From assembly GCF_009914755.1 (NCBI RefSeq), contig NC_060929.1: a DNA stretch of 64,000 bases; one strand, written 5' to 3'. This DNA comes from the human T2T-CHM13v2.0 reference genome, Homo sapiens. Below the pieces are notes generated by a model that was given only the letters and a program-made list of their open reading frames with translations, searched no databases and was not told the origin of the DNA. Position numbers and translations under genes: made by a program. This document shows, one piece after another, positions 49,205 through 64,000 of the stretch. Position 1 is the stretch's first letter; each line of letters opens with the position of its first letter.

Positions 49205-49886
49205 ATATGTGTTCTTTTTTTTCTATCACATTGTCAGGCTGCTTCCACATTCTCAGGTATCTTACAGCAATGTCTCACTACCTTGGTACCAATTTATTGT
49301 TTTAATCCATCTCACACTGCTATAAAGAAATACCTGAGACTGGGTAACTTATAAAGAAAAGAGGTTTAATTGATTCACAGTTCAGCATGGCTGAGGAGGC
49401 CTCAGGAAACTTACAATCATGGTGGAAGGCATGTCTTCACAGGGCGGCAGGACAGAGAATGAGTGCAAGTAGGGGAAATGTCAGATACTTATAAAACCAT
49501 CAGATCTTGTGAGACTCACTCATTACTATGAGAACAGCATGGGGGAAATCATTCCCATGATCCAAGTATCTCTACCTGGTCCTGCCCTTGACATGTGGAG
49601 ATTATTATAATTTAAGGTGAGATTATGGTGAGGACACGGAGCCAATCCATATCAAGCAGGCACCTTCTTTACAGGTGGCAGGAAGAAGAAGTGCAGACAG
49701 GTCAGAAGAACCTCTTATAAAACCATCAGATCTTGTGAGAACTCACTCACTGTTATGAGAACAGCATGGGGAAAGCTGTCTCCAAGATTCAATTACCTAC
49801 ACCTGGTTCCCCCTTGACAAATGGGGATCATGCAGATTAAAATTCAAGGTGATAGTTGGGTGGGGAGAAAAAGCCAAGTCATATCA
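49205..49886 (-). mobile_element. THE1-type internal fragment plus LTR (49298-49654) abutting half of a second MaLR LTR (49655-49886)
   Basis: ggtaccaatttattg...ccatatca followed by a second ...aaaaccatcagatcttgtgaga...catatca. Confidence 0.85.
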
Positions 49887-51726
49887 CCCCTAAAAAAGTA
49901 ACTTGCTAAAAGGACCCTTTAAAAAATATGTCATATAACCCTGTGGGACACTAGCTAGTTTTGTATCCAACCTAGAAAATTTATCCTAAGATTTATTTTT
50001 TAACTTGTATGTGCACGTGCACACACATATACATTTGCCTGAGAATCATGATTTTGAGCATTTCCAAATTATAATTTAACATGAAGTATGGCTGTTTACA
50101 ATAATATTAAGTGAAAGAAAGCAGAAGGAAAGAAATCTAAGAAGCTAGAAGAAAATTTAGTGATTATTAGTTTATAAGTGTGGGGACCAAGCTTATGAGA
50201 GATTAGATAAAGGAAAACTACATACTGAAATCAGTCTCTTGTATTCCAGAGAAGAATCTCATTTAACAGTTAGTTTCACAGCTTAACTGTTAAGTTCCTG
50301 GGCCTATAACGTTCATTTTTTTATCTTTCCTCTCTGTTCTCCACATTGCCAGCAGGATTCTGACTGTGGGTACCAATGGTAGGAAACTGCAGGATTGGGA
50401 GAGATAATGGGAAATATGCCTCTTTCTTTTCTAATGAACTCTTTGACCTTTCTGATTGCAAGTGTAGATTTTCCCTGGGGATTGCACCTCCAACTCCAAC
50501 TGAACCACTGCCTCTGTCTCTCTGGCCTAAGTGTAAAAGAGGCTCTTTTTTTTTTTTTCTCCTAGTGTCTAGGATGCTTCATTGTCTCCTTAGATCTCCA
50601 ACTATTTTATTAGCTTTGCAAATAATCACTTGCATGAATTTACCATGATTGTAAACAATACTCAAGTGGGGTAATTTTCTTATTGGACATTAATGGTCTA
50701 TTTGATTTCCATTTTATTGAGTAAAGTCAGATTTTTTTTCAGGGTTATTCCAACCAACAAATCTATTGTTGAATTTTGATTGGCCTTAAATATTAAATGA
50801 GAAACCAGTGAACATATTTGATTTTACTGGGGCTTGAGAGTGTTAGAACAGATGACAATATGCAGAAACTTACAGAATAATGAGATCAAATATTGGAATT
50901 AACAGACCTGGGATAAAGGAGTTGGCAAAGAAAAGGGAAAGTAATTAAAATGACAACAGGTGAGGTAAAAAGGGGATTTTTGTAGGCAAATAGAATTTGA
51001 TGCAAAATTCTGACTAATTAAATCCTTGCAAGTATAAACATATTAATTAAACTTGTACACAAACAATTTATTTATTTGCTGTGTAGAACTAGTACTACCT
51101 AAATTCTAGTTTTTTAAAAAATTAATATTATTTGTAATGCACATAGTACAGCTTTTGATACATGGTGTAGGCCAAAATTTTGGGTTAGTATGGTGGTTAG
51201 TACTGCTGCCACTACAACAAATGCTACTGTTATGTGTAATGCGAAATATATTTTGTAGAAGAATCAGTAGTTTTGATAACTAAATATATAGGAGAAAAAT
51301 GAGAGAAAAGAGTCAAATAGTTTCTTGAAAAAGTTAAACCAACTTTATTGGGTTAATCATGGAGCTGATTTTAGAAATAGGGAAACCACAAGCAAATAAA
51401 GAACATATACTTTTATCTGGTAAAACATGATGTGACTTAAAAAACTATGTCTTCATTATTATAGCTTCTAGGATATCACAATTGAAATACAAAGGGGAGG
51501 AGTGTATGTTTATTATATTTCCTGTCTTATTTCTCCTCCAAATCTTTTGGTCAACTAGTTACTTCTGAATAACCAGTGTGTCAGAAAGATTGTAGTGTAG
51601 TTTAAGTAGCATCACAAAACTAAAAGCTGGTAAGGGGAGAATAATTAATGTAATAAAAGATGTGAAATTATATCATATAAACAAAAGTTGAAGAATACAG
51701 GAGACATCCAGAATATAAATCTAGAC

Positions 51727-51951
51727 CAGAATTTCTCAAATTCAGCATTTTTGACATTATGGGCTAAATAAACTTTATTTGGGGGTTGGAGGTAGCTTTC
51801 CTGTGCACTACCGGATGTGTAGCAGCATTCCTGGACTCTACCTACTAGATGCCAGTAGTAACACCCTCCTTCTTCAGTGTGACAAGAAAATATTAGACAT
51901 GTTGTTACCTATGCCATAGGTGTCAGAATTGCCTCTAGTTGAAAACCACTG
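51727..51951 (-). mobile_element. MER20 hAT-Charlie DNA transposon
   Basis: Termini cagaatttctcaa...ttgaaaaccactg; core agcagcattcctggactctacctactagatgccagtag. Confidence 0.88.
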
Positions 51952-52807
51952 GTTATGTTGACATTTTAAATATATTTTTCTTAATATGTATTTTTCTCGC
52001 TAAGAATCTCATGTTTTAGAAGCAGCCACTATTTCTTCTGAAAACTGTTCCTTCTTCTCCCTCCACCATCTCCATTCGCTTCTCCAACTATGGAGTCCTG
52101 AGGGACTTGAAATTTTTAATATATTATATCTTATTCTTCTCACTTGATTGGTTCAGATATGTACATCTGATCCAAACTGGACCAATCCTAACTTTTTTTT
52201 CCTTCTGGATCCAGTTGACTTTTCTGAAGGTTAGCATTTTATTTAAAATAAACTAATAAGATAGTCAGGAGTTTTAAACTTAGCATGAATAAATAAAAAA
52301 AAAAAAGTCCAGGGCTTCTTAGGAGGTGAGAGTAGAGTGATGTCTGTACCTTACCATAAATTGTTATTTAAACTGAAGCTAGGTCTCTTATTTCTTCTAT
52401 CTCATAATAATTAAAATATGCTATTATTTTGTCATAAGATGTCCTATATAAGCTGCCAGTGAAAAGACTCATATTGAATAACTTATGACACTACAATCTT
52501 ATTCTAAAACATGGTATTTAATTCTGAGTCATCGCTGTAATAAGGCAAGTTTGGTTCCATAACTGAAAAGGTACTTACATATGATTTCTAAAGATGGGGT
52601 TATCTGGACATATCATTCTAATAGCAGCCAGGAATGTTGGCCAACATTCTTAATGTAGATACCATGTTGTAAATCCGATGAGATTAACAAGTTTGGTACC
52701 ATAAGCATGTGGTAGCCTAAAGACAAAGGTCATCCTGAGAATTTTTAAATTATTGTTGAAATGCATGTCACATTTTTTTTGAAAGGTGACTTCTGATGTC
52801 TGATGGT

Positions 52808-53725
52808 TGTCAAAGTAAAAATTGGGCTGGATAAACTTAAACAAGTGATATGGTTAGGCTTTGTGTCCCTACCCAAATCTCATCTTGAATTGTAGTTTCC
52901 ATAATCCCCACATGTGGGAGGAACCTGGTGGAGATAATTGAATCATGGGGGCCGTTTCTCCCCTCCTGTTCTCGTGATAGTGAATAGGTCTGATGAGATC
53001 TGATGTTTTTATAAAGGGCAGTTCCCCTGCACACACTCTCTTGCCTGTCACTATGTAAGATATGCCTTTGTTCCTCCTTCACCTTCCACCATAATTGTGA
53101 GGTCTCCCTAGCCATGTTGAACTGTGAGTTTATTAAACCTCTTTTTCTTTTTAAATTACTCAGTCTCAGGTATGTCTTTATTAACAGCAAAAGAACAGAC
53201 AAATACAACAGGCAAGGAAGACTTTATACAAGACTACTGCAACAGGGGAGACAGACTAAACTGAACTCTGCTGAAACAAAAGAAGTCTCTGTGTGAGCTT
53301 GCAGAAGAGTACTGAAAGACATCAAGGGGTAGGTTGATCAATGAGATGTCTGGCATGTTGAGTTATTTCCAAATTTGTAAAGGTTTTTCCATGTGATTAG
53401 GCCATCTATACTTGCTTACTAGTGCCCATCAAAGTGGAAAAGTGCCTACCTTCCCATAGAGACTGGAAGATAGACATGCTACCTTTCTCGATGATTGCAT
53501 TTCAAACGGATGGCTCTGAAATTCTTGAGAAAGATATTGCTGAGTTGTAAAACTGGCAAGAGGCTTTTAAGGAGATTTATATGCATCTAAATTGGGCAGA
53601 GAAAGAATTTGCAATTACAAGTATTTGTAAATCCTCTAAGAAAAAGGAGATCAGGAGCCTATAGTCATCAAGAAAACTGTCTGAATTAAGTCAACATAAA
53701 GAAAATATTATGGCAATCTTATTCA
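52808..53725 (-). mobile_element. ERV1 LTR (MER67/MER31 group) interrupted by THE1
   Basis: aaacaggcaaggaagactttat...gagaaagatattgctgagttgtaaaactggcaagagg. Confidence 0.65.
52846..53207 (+). mobile_element. THE1 solo LTR
   Basis: tgatatggttaggctttgtgtccc...aaataca; TSD acaag / acagg. Confidence 0.93.
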
Positions 53726-54970
53726 TGACTTTGGGAAACAAAAAAAGGAATCCCAAGTTTCAACTGGTTATTTGCTTTTCTAAGTGTTCTAATGGTTCAT
53801 TTAAATTTTAAAATTATATGATTTCTTTTGATATGCAGAGTATACAAATAAAAATCCATTATTATATCATACATTTATTTTTAAAATATAAAGTTTGATT
53901 TATGTCTTAGAGTATAGTTTTATTGATAGTCTTTATTACCATCCTTAGATATAACAGTAAATGACTGTTTATACTAAAATTAGATTCTAGTAGTTAGACA
54001 AGTTCTTAAATCTTCAAGGATAGTTAACATAATAATTGACAAACGTGTTGATTATCAAAACACATTTATATAAATAGCTTTGAAAATATTCTATAATGAA
54101 TAGTGGAGTGGGTTAGTAAAGTAATTTAATTGTTACTGTAGTTACTTTTTGGTATCCACTGCAATATTTTCATAACCATATTAATTGGTCTTGTCACATA
54201 CATGGGCCAATCCTCAGTTGCTAGGTATTTACACTACTAAAACTTGGAAAAACAGAAAAATTTTGAAGAAAACATTAAATCAATCCTTTAAAATAATCTT
54301 GATATGTTAAAAATAATTTAAAAAGTATTTGTTTAATTCCATGTTCTTTGATGTTTATTTATTCAACATTTTCCCCAATGAATTTATATTTTCTTTTACA
54401 CTCTCTTTCTTATGCTAATTTCAGTAAAATGCTAATATATGCCATTGTCACAAGTTTTTTTACTTTTAGTTCAGCTGCTCAATATGAGACAATTTTTAAA
54501 TTATACCTATTTGATATACCTGGATAATATTTTATTAGATCATAGGGAGTACAATCACCAAAAACAATGATTCGAAAATTACCATATTATCATCACAAGT
54601 CAATAATGCATTAGTCGTTTTATAGTCTTTGTATTAGGACAACGCATTCTACTTTTGCTTAATATATGATTGGAAAATAAATTATTTTAGAGAAGCACTA
54701 ATGTTTTTGATTTGTTGGTGATCTTCAAATCTCCTACATTTATAGTGTTATGACTATCAAATGAACAAAGATGCCTGTATTCTGAGAATAAGCCTCATTA
54801 GGATCATCAGCAACATTTGACAAACAGGGAACATTGCTTTTGCAAACTGGCTTTTCATATCAGGAAGAAAGTGTTTCTGTTTTGTGTTTAATTACTTAGT
54901 CTCCAAAATGCAACAGTATGACTAAAAGAATTTTAAAAAATCTAATAACATTATTTCTTCTTTCATATAT

Positions 54971-57318
<2,348 letters not shown>

Positions 57319-57324
57319 AGGGTG

Positions 57325-57742
57325 TGATATGCTTTGGATGTTTGTGCCCTCCAAATCTCATGTTGACATGTAATCTCCAATGCTGAAGGTGAGCCTGGTG
57401 TGAAGTGTTTGGGTCATGGGGGCAGATCCCTCATGAATGGCTTGGTGCCTTCCTTGTGGTAACCAGTGAGTTCTTGCTCTGAGTTTACAGGAGATCTGGT
57501 TGTTTAAAAGAGTGTGACATCTTCCTCCTTTCTTCCTTGCTCCCACTCTCACCACCTGACATGCATGTCTGCTTTCCTTTCACCTTCTGTCATGATTGGA
57601 AGCTTCCTGAAGCCCTCACTGGAAGCAGATACCAGTGCCATTCTGCCTGTATGGCCTGCAGAACCACAAGCCAAATAAACCTTTCTTTATAAGTCACCCG
57701 GCCTCAGGTATTTCTTTATGGCAACCCAAACAGATTATCACA
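57325..57742 (+). mobile_element. MSTB-like solo LTR
   Basis: tgatatgctttggatgtttgtgccctccaaatctcatg; TSD gggtg / gtgtg. Confidence 0.88.
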
Positions 57743-58478
57743 GTGTGGATACAACATTACTGTCTGGTAAGCAAGCATATTTTAGAATTGTCGTGCTCAT
57801 TACAGTAGTCACTAATCCTTATATGGCTTTAAATTTAAATGTAAGTGCTCTATACCCATCTGTGGTTAGTCTCCACTGTCATAAAAAGCTCAGAAATAGT
57901 ATATTTCCATAATTACAGAAGGTTATGTTGAACCAATGTATTGTAGAAAGAACTGAGAATCTCACTAGATATGGCAAGAGTAGTAAAGATACTCACCTTT
58001 AGTCAAACCAGAGTAGATTGACTTCATATTTAATTAATATGGCAGAGGGTGCAGCCAATTCCTAAGACAAGGAGTAAAATCTACAAAAAATGATTCAGAG
58101 AATAGGAGCATCAAACACACGTATGTGCATGCATGTACACATGTGTGCACATGGGCACACACACAAGTCCTGATTATGTTTGAGATAAAAACAAACAAGG
58201 TTAAACTGTATATTTTTTGGTGTAATGGTATTTTTTTTAACATATATTGATGGTTTTAAAAACTGAGAAAGAAAGCCAGAAAAAAGTTAATAGTTTCCTC
58301 TAAATTAAAATTGCTCTTCAGGGAACAAAATATTCACTAGTTACAAAAAAAAAAAAAAAGAGCAGAGATATGACCAAATATTGAATTACAGTAGCTGGTC
58401 TTGAACAAGGAATTATCATCTACACTATAGTCCACTTGATAAAGAAATGCATGGAGGTCGTCGATATTTGTGAGTGAT

Positions 58479-58910
58479 TGCTATGATTTGGATATTTGAC
58501 CCCTCCAAACCTCATGTTAAAATCTGATCCCCAATGTGGAGCCAAAAGGTAGGTGTTTGGGTTATGGGGGCAGATCCTTCAGGAATAGGCTTATGTCCTC
58601 CCTGGAATGCGGAGGTAGTGGGTGAGTTCTCAGCTGTTAGTTCCAGTGAGAGCTGGGTGTTCAGAAGAGCCTGTCGTCTTTCCTCCCCATCTCTCTCGCT
58701 TTCTCTCATCACACGATCCCTGTACATGCTGGCCCCCATTCACCTTCAGCTTTGAGTGGAAGCAGCTTGAGGCCCTCAGCAGATGCAGATGCTGGGCTGA
58801 TGCCAGGTTTCTTGTACAGTCTGCAGAACTGTAAGCCAAATAATCCTCTTTTCTTCATAAATCACTTAGTCTCAGGAATGCCTTTATAGTAACACAAATA
58901 GGCTAAGACA
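58479..58910 (+). mobile_element. MSTB-like solo LTR
   Basis: tgctatgatttggatatttgacccctccaaacctcatg...ctaagaca; perfect TSD gtgat. Confidence 0.9.
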
Positions 58911-59164
58911 GTGATCCACGAGCAAATGAGATGTATTCTCAACATAAGGAAGTAAAGTAGAAAAAAAGAAAGAAATATATTTAAAAAAGAAGAAGAATTT
59001 GGAGGACTATCATGAGAGTGAACATGATATTTATATCACATCTATCATAATGTCCAGTGAGCTCAACTTTAAAAACGTTAAATTCCACCTGCTGCTTTCT
59101 AACTGTTGATAAAGGAACTGTTTTCGTCGGGTGGGGTGGGGGAGCAGTGGGCAGGTGCTAAAGG

Positions 59165-60480
59165 AAGGTGAATCATTTCTGTTTTGACATGTTAAGAGTG
59201 AGATGCCAAGTGGATATGTAAGTGAAAATGTCAAATACGAATTCTGATGACTCATAAGCCTGGACTTCAGAAGAGAGGTCAGTGATGGAGGTTCAGTGTT
59301 AGAGTCCTTCACTAATACAGGATGTTAAAGCTCTGGAACTAGATGAGAACACAGGGATTAAATATGGATATAAAGAAGAAAGGTCAGGCCCAAACCCGGG
59401 GAAACTCCAAAATTTAGAGCTGTGAAAAAATACAGGAGCTAACCAGAAAACTATGAACAAAAACTCATGAAGGGGGAGGTAGTCTGGGATTACACATTTC
59501 ATTAGAAGCTTAAGGAAAAAACATATTAAAGAAGGGGGAGTAGTCTAGGTTGAATTAGCTGCTGAGTGTTCAGGTAAAGGGAAGAAGAGAGGTGACCCCT
59601 GGATTTGGCAAAAGAGAAATTATTATTTACCTTGACAAAGTAGGTGCAATGGATTACAGGGAACAGCAATGTAACTAACTTGCACAGAGGGGATAATTCA
59701 AGGGGAATAAGTAAAGGCAATGCCAAAATGTGCCTTGTGTGGCAAAAATTAAAACATAGAGATGATTTTAACTCTGTCACAGGATTTCTCAATATAATAG
59801 CTTTATTCAGATATTTAAATTGTTAGTTAATTCTGAATCAAGTTTGTAATAATAAGCAGTACTTTGGGGTAATCTTTATTTGAATGTAATGCATACACTT
59901 GAAATAATTTTCTTTATTCATGAAATGTTTTACTATATTTATTGATCTCTTAACAGAGTTAATTGACACTCATTTATGAAACATGTCTGCATACCTCTAA
60001 AGTAAATGCTTCCAGAAACACCAAGATGAGAAGACAATATCTTCAACCAGCAAATTCTAATAGATATAAAGCAGCTAAAACTGATATTTATATTACTATT
60101 AGTTTACATAGTGATATAATTTATAGTGATTAAATTACATAGTGACATAATTTATGTCACTATTAATATTAAATTAAATATAAATAATTTGAGGAAGGCA
60201 AAATAAACACCTTTTGGAAATTAAAGGTGATCTAAGGAGATATCTGGTGGTAAATTCAGTAAAAAAGGAGATGTACTTACAGTTGAGTTCCAAAATATAT
60301 TTAAGATTTGTAGGCAGTTAGAGTCAAAAGGGAGAGGTATGGGCAGTAAGAATTGTTTAGTGTGCCTGGAAGATGACTTCTCATTTATTCTGACTAGAGT
60401 ATGAGGTACATCAAGGGAAGTGGGAAAATTGCTTGTGTGATTAATTTGAGGACAGGGTGGGATGTTAAGCTTTGCTAGTT
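59165..60480 (-). mobile_element. L2 remnants
   Basis: ttttgacatgttaag...agtggatatg; tgacccctggatttggca...accttgac. Confidence 0.6.
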
Positions 60481-61328
60481 TATACTCTCTTCTATGTTGT
60501 GACTATTTTATACTACCTTTTAATTAATTTTGTGATAATTATTTAAATAGAATTACATATTATAACAATAAAAGTTATTCTTATTTTCTCATATTCTGAT
60601 GGTTTTGTTTTGTTGCAATACATGATTTCAGAGTCATACTTGAAAGTGTGTCTTCAGTGATAGCCTCAGACATAACATACATTCCTATATATTAGTTAAT
60701 TTGACTTCAAAAATTAAATTAGGTCAAAATAATTTTATCTTAGAAACTTAAAGATATTTTTCTACAATGTTTTTCTAAAAAAAAAGCTTTTCTCTTTTGC
60801 AGGAGTTTTAATTATTGCAGAGAGTTTATATATATCTCTTAACTAGTTTTCCCTGTTATTGACATCTTATATTAGAACAGCAGATTTGTTATAATTGTAG
60901 GCCAATATTTACACATTATTATTACCAAAGTTCATATTTTTTATCAGATGCTCAGTTTTCCTCTCATATCTATTTTCTGTTTTCAGTCTCCCATCTAGTA
61001 TACATCACATTGACTCAGCACATCTCTTTACACTTCTCTTGGTTTCAACAATTCCTTGAATATTTTCTGTTTTTGATGAATACTGGTTAGATATTTTATA
61101 TAATGTCTTTGAATTGGCCTGAGGCTTATATGCTTTGAGTAGAAAGACCAGAGAGGTAATGTGCCATTTCATCACACCATATTAAGGGTAAATCATTTCA
61201 ACATGACTTATAATTGTTGAGGCTGAGTTTGCTCACCTGGGTGAGGAAGTGTTTATCAGGTTTCTCCTCTGCCATGTTACTCTATTTTCCCTATTTATTA
61301 TACTCTTTAGAAGAAGTCCCTTTTTTCA

Positions 61329-61687
61329 GATGAGTTCATGTCCTTTGTAGGGACATGGATGAAATTGGAAATCATCATTCTCAGTAAACTATCGCAAGGA
61401 CAAAAAACCAAACACCGCATGTTCTCACTCATAGGTGGGAACTGAACAATGAACACATGGACACAGGAAGGGGAACATCACACACCGGCGACTGTTGTGG
61501 GGTGGGGGGAGGGGAGAGGGATAGCATTAGGAGATATTCTTAATGCTAAATGAGGAGTTAATGGGTGCAGCACACCAGCATGGCACATGTATACATATGT
61601 AACAAACCTGCACATTGTGCACATGTACCCTATAACTTAAAGTATAATAATAAAATAAAAATAAATAAAAAAATTTAAAAATAAAAA
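61329..61687 (+). mobile_element. Young 5'-truncated L1PA (L1PA3-like) 3' end
   Basis: Near-consensus 3'UTR with G-tract and A-rich tail; perfect 18-bp TSD aagaagtcccttttttca (61311-61328 / 61688-61705). Confidence 0.95.
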
Positions 61688-62219
61688 AAGAAGTCCCTTT
61701 TTTCAAACTACATTTACTATGCAAGGAGTTATGCTCCACCTTCTAGAGAGTATTTATATACATTATTTGGAAAACTGACCTATGAAAGATTTCTCTATTG
61801 TCCTTATTTATTTATGTATTCAATAACTTATTTATATCAGTATGAACTTATGAATATTGATTTCATATTTTGGGTTATAATTCAGTGCCACTTCGTTTTT
61901 TTTTTTTTTTGCTCAAATGTTTTCAGTTTTGGCCACTGACAATTCTTTCATTTGGCTTTTATGTCCATTTGTTACATCCCCACTCCCATAATTTTATTTT
62001 GTTTTGTTTAAGTACTTTCTTACTTCCGGCATTAAGCTTGAGTCTTTTTATTGGAAAAGGGTATGAGAAAACAAGATCTGGGTGAAAGAGGTGCTTGTTG
62101 CTATTGGGGTGTTATGTTTTCTAGTCCCTCTAAGCCGACACTGTTATCTTTGCATTTCCATTTGGGAAATTTCTATTGACCTGTCTTCAGCAAATTCTTC
62201 AATTCTTGATAAGCATTTT

Positions 62220-62645
62220 TGACAGTCCATTTTTTTGTTGTTAGCAGAATACATGAAACTAGATAATTTATAAAGAAAAGGAATTTATTTCTTACACTTA
62301 TGAAGGTGGAGAAGTCCAAAGTTGACAACTCACATCTCATGAGAGCCTTCTTGCTGGTGGAGACCATCTGAAAGTCCAGAGGCAGCACAGGCATTGCCTA
62401 CTGAGGAGGCTGAATGTACTAGTTCAGGACTCTCTTCCTCTTTTTGTAAAGCCACCGTCTCACTTCCATAACTTCTTAATTCATTAAACCATTAATCTAT
62501 TAATTCATGAATGGATTAGTCCATTTATGAAGGGAGAGGCCTCATGACCCCATCACCTCTTTAATGTCATACCTCATAATGCTGCTACATTGGGGATTAA
62601 ATTTCAATATGAGTTCTAAAGGGAAAAATTATTCAAGCCATAGAA
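62220..62645 (-). mobile_element. MSTD/MLT1A-type LTR
   Basis: ataatttataaagaaaaggaatttatttc...ttcaagccatag. Confidence 0.8.
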
Positions 62646-64000
62646 GTTTCCATTTTTCCACTTATGTTACCTATCTCCCTTGCATGTTGTCTACTTTCTC
62701 AATTAGAGCCCATCACGAATTTCATCGGAAACTTCCAACATCTGTGTGTTATCTTTGTCTGGTTCTGACGCTTGATGTGTTTCTTCAGACTGTGTTTTTC
62801 TTTCCCTTCATTATGCTTGCAATTTTTTTTTCTGTGTTGAAAACTGGGCATGTTACATCAGGTAAGAGGAGAGATAAATAGGAATTTTATGTGAAAATTT
62901 AGACTATTCTGGCTAAGAGTTAGGCTGTATCTAACATTTGCTGTATCTGTTTATGTAAAAGGTTTAGATTTCTTAAGTATATTTGTTTCTGTCTTACTTC
63001 TTGAGCTTGGGCTTCCCAAATACTCCTCCTCAGAGAGAGTCTATGTCTTGCGGATGGCTTATCTGTACTTTCCTTTTACTACAGTGAAGCCCTGTTGCTG
63101 TGGAGGTATGTGGTGAAAGGCATAGCATTCAATAATCTTCTAAGTCCCAGTATTTTAGTGGGTCTGAGTCTTTTTTCTGTGACCTCCACATGTGTTTCTT
63201 AGTGGTATAGTTCTTCTCACCTTCTTACCCAACCCTATGACTCAGGGAGGTTAGAAATACTTAAAAGTATGAGGAAAGTCTTTCCTCAAAGGGATAGAGT
63301 TCTTGTATATTCTTTTGCCTTAGAGAGTAAGCCTTTGTAGTTCAAAATACTCAATGTACATTTTACAATGATAATCCTTCCCTCCTTCTGCCAGAGCCAT
63401 AAGGGGATCTTTGTAGGATTTCCACCTTGACAATCTGGTGTTGATCCCGCAAATAGAATCCAAAAAGTGTTAAGGTTTCTCTAAGACTGTGGCACCCTGG
63501 AATTTCTCACAGTCAGGCTAGTTAGTATACACTTGACCTCTGGAAATTTGTCAAAATTATCATATATATGTTCCTGCCTGTTTATGATATCAGTGGCTTC
63601 TGCTCCAGGTAAATATATCTCATCTATGACTCTGTTATATATTCACCTCTCCAAATTTTGGAGGGATGTTTGCCCTGTAACCTTAGATCTCTAATGGGTA
63701 CAAGAAAAGTGGTTGATTTATAGCTTGTCAAGCTTTTTCTTATTACGTGTACAGAAGTGATGACTTCCACTCTTTTTATATGTTGAAGCCACAACTAGCA
63801 GTTCCTCTTCATTATTTTTTTACTTCTTATTCTCTCATAATCATCATTTTTTCTCTCTCTGAGAATATAACAAATTTTATTAAAAATTTGTATCTAGAAA
63901 TGTTACATAATGTTTGTGGTTTTAGGTCTGTTTTTATTCGTCTTACTGGACATACAGAAATCATATTTAATCTGATTTTTGCTTACCATTCAGCTGTGTA

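Larger units (their letters stand above)
60790..63840 (-). mobile_element. Ancient L1M (L1MC/ME-like) fragments
   Basis: acacattattattaccaaagttcat; ggtaatgtgccatttcatcac; ttctattgacctgtcttcag. Confidence 0.6.

Noticed and set aside
50263-50293. Inverted repeat ttaacagtta-N11-taactgttaa
   Set aside because: A 10-bp AT-rich stem is expected by chance; no RNA-gene or MITE context
51985-52400. Possible ancient ERVL LTR (LTR33/LTR16-like), and an MLT1-like stretch at 23300-24080
   Set aside because: Similarity too degenerate to support boundaries or family without an HMM search

Overview
AT-rich primate (human-like) genomic DNA made almost entirely of transposable-element debris. It holds several L1s (one near full length), about 13 MaLR (THE1/MST) LTRs or LTR pieces, 4 Alus, L2/MIR remnants, MER20, an MLT2A LTR and microsatellites. 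No cellular protein-coding gene, RNA gene or CRISPR array is supported; the recognisable ORFs in the track are L1, HERV-H, Alu or LTR fragments. The standout is a ~4.3 kb HERV-H (LTR7Y-type) element at 27135-31425 that is not a provirus. It has mRNA structure (R-U5-PBS-gag/pro/pol/env remnants-U3-R-polyA), a 13-bp target-site duplication and a likely cap-derived 5' G, so it looks like retroviral RNA retrotransposed in trans by L1 into an older L1. Several small rearrangements (inversion plus deletion, fold-back duplication, fused elements) and weak minus-strand exon candidates are also noted. Repeat subfamily names come from recalled consensus motifs, not a database search, and most boundaries are approximate.
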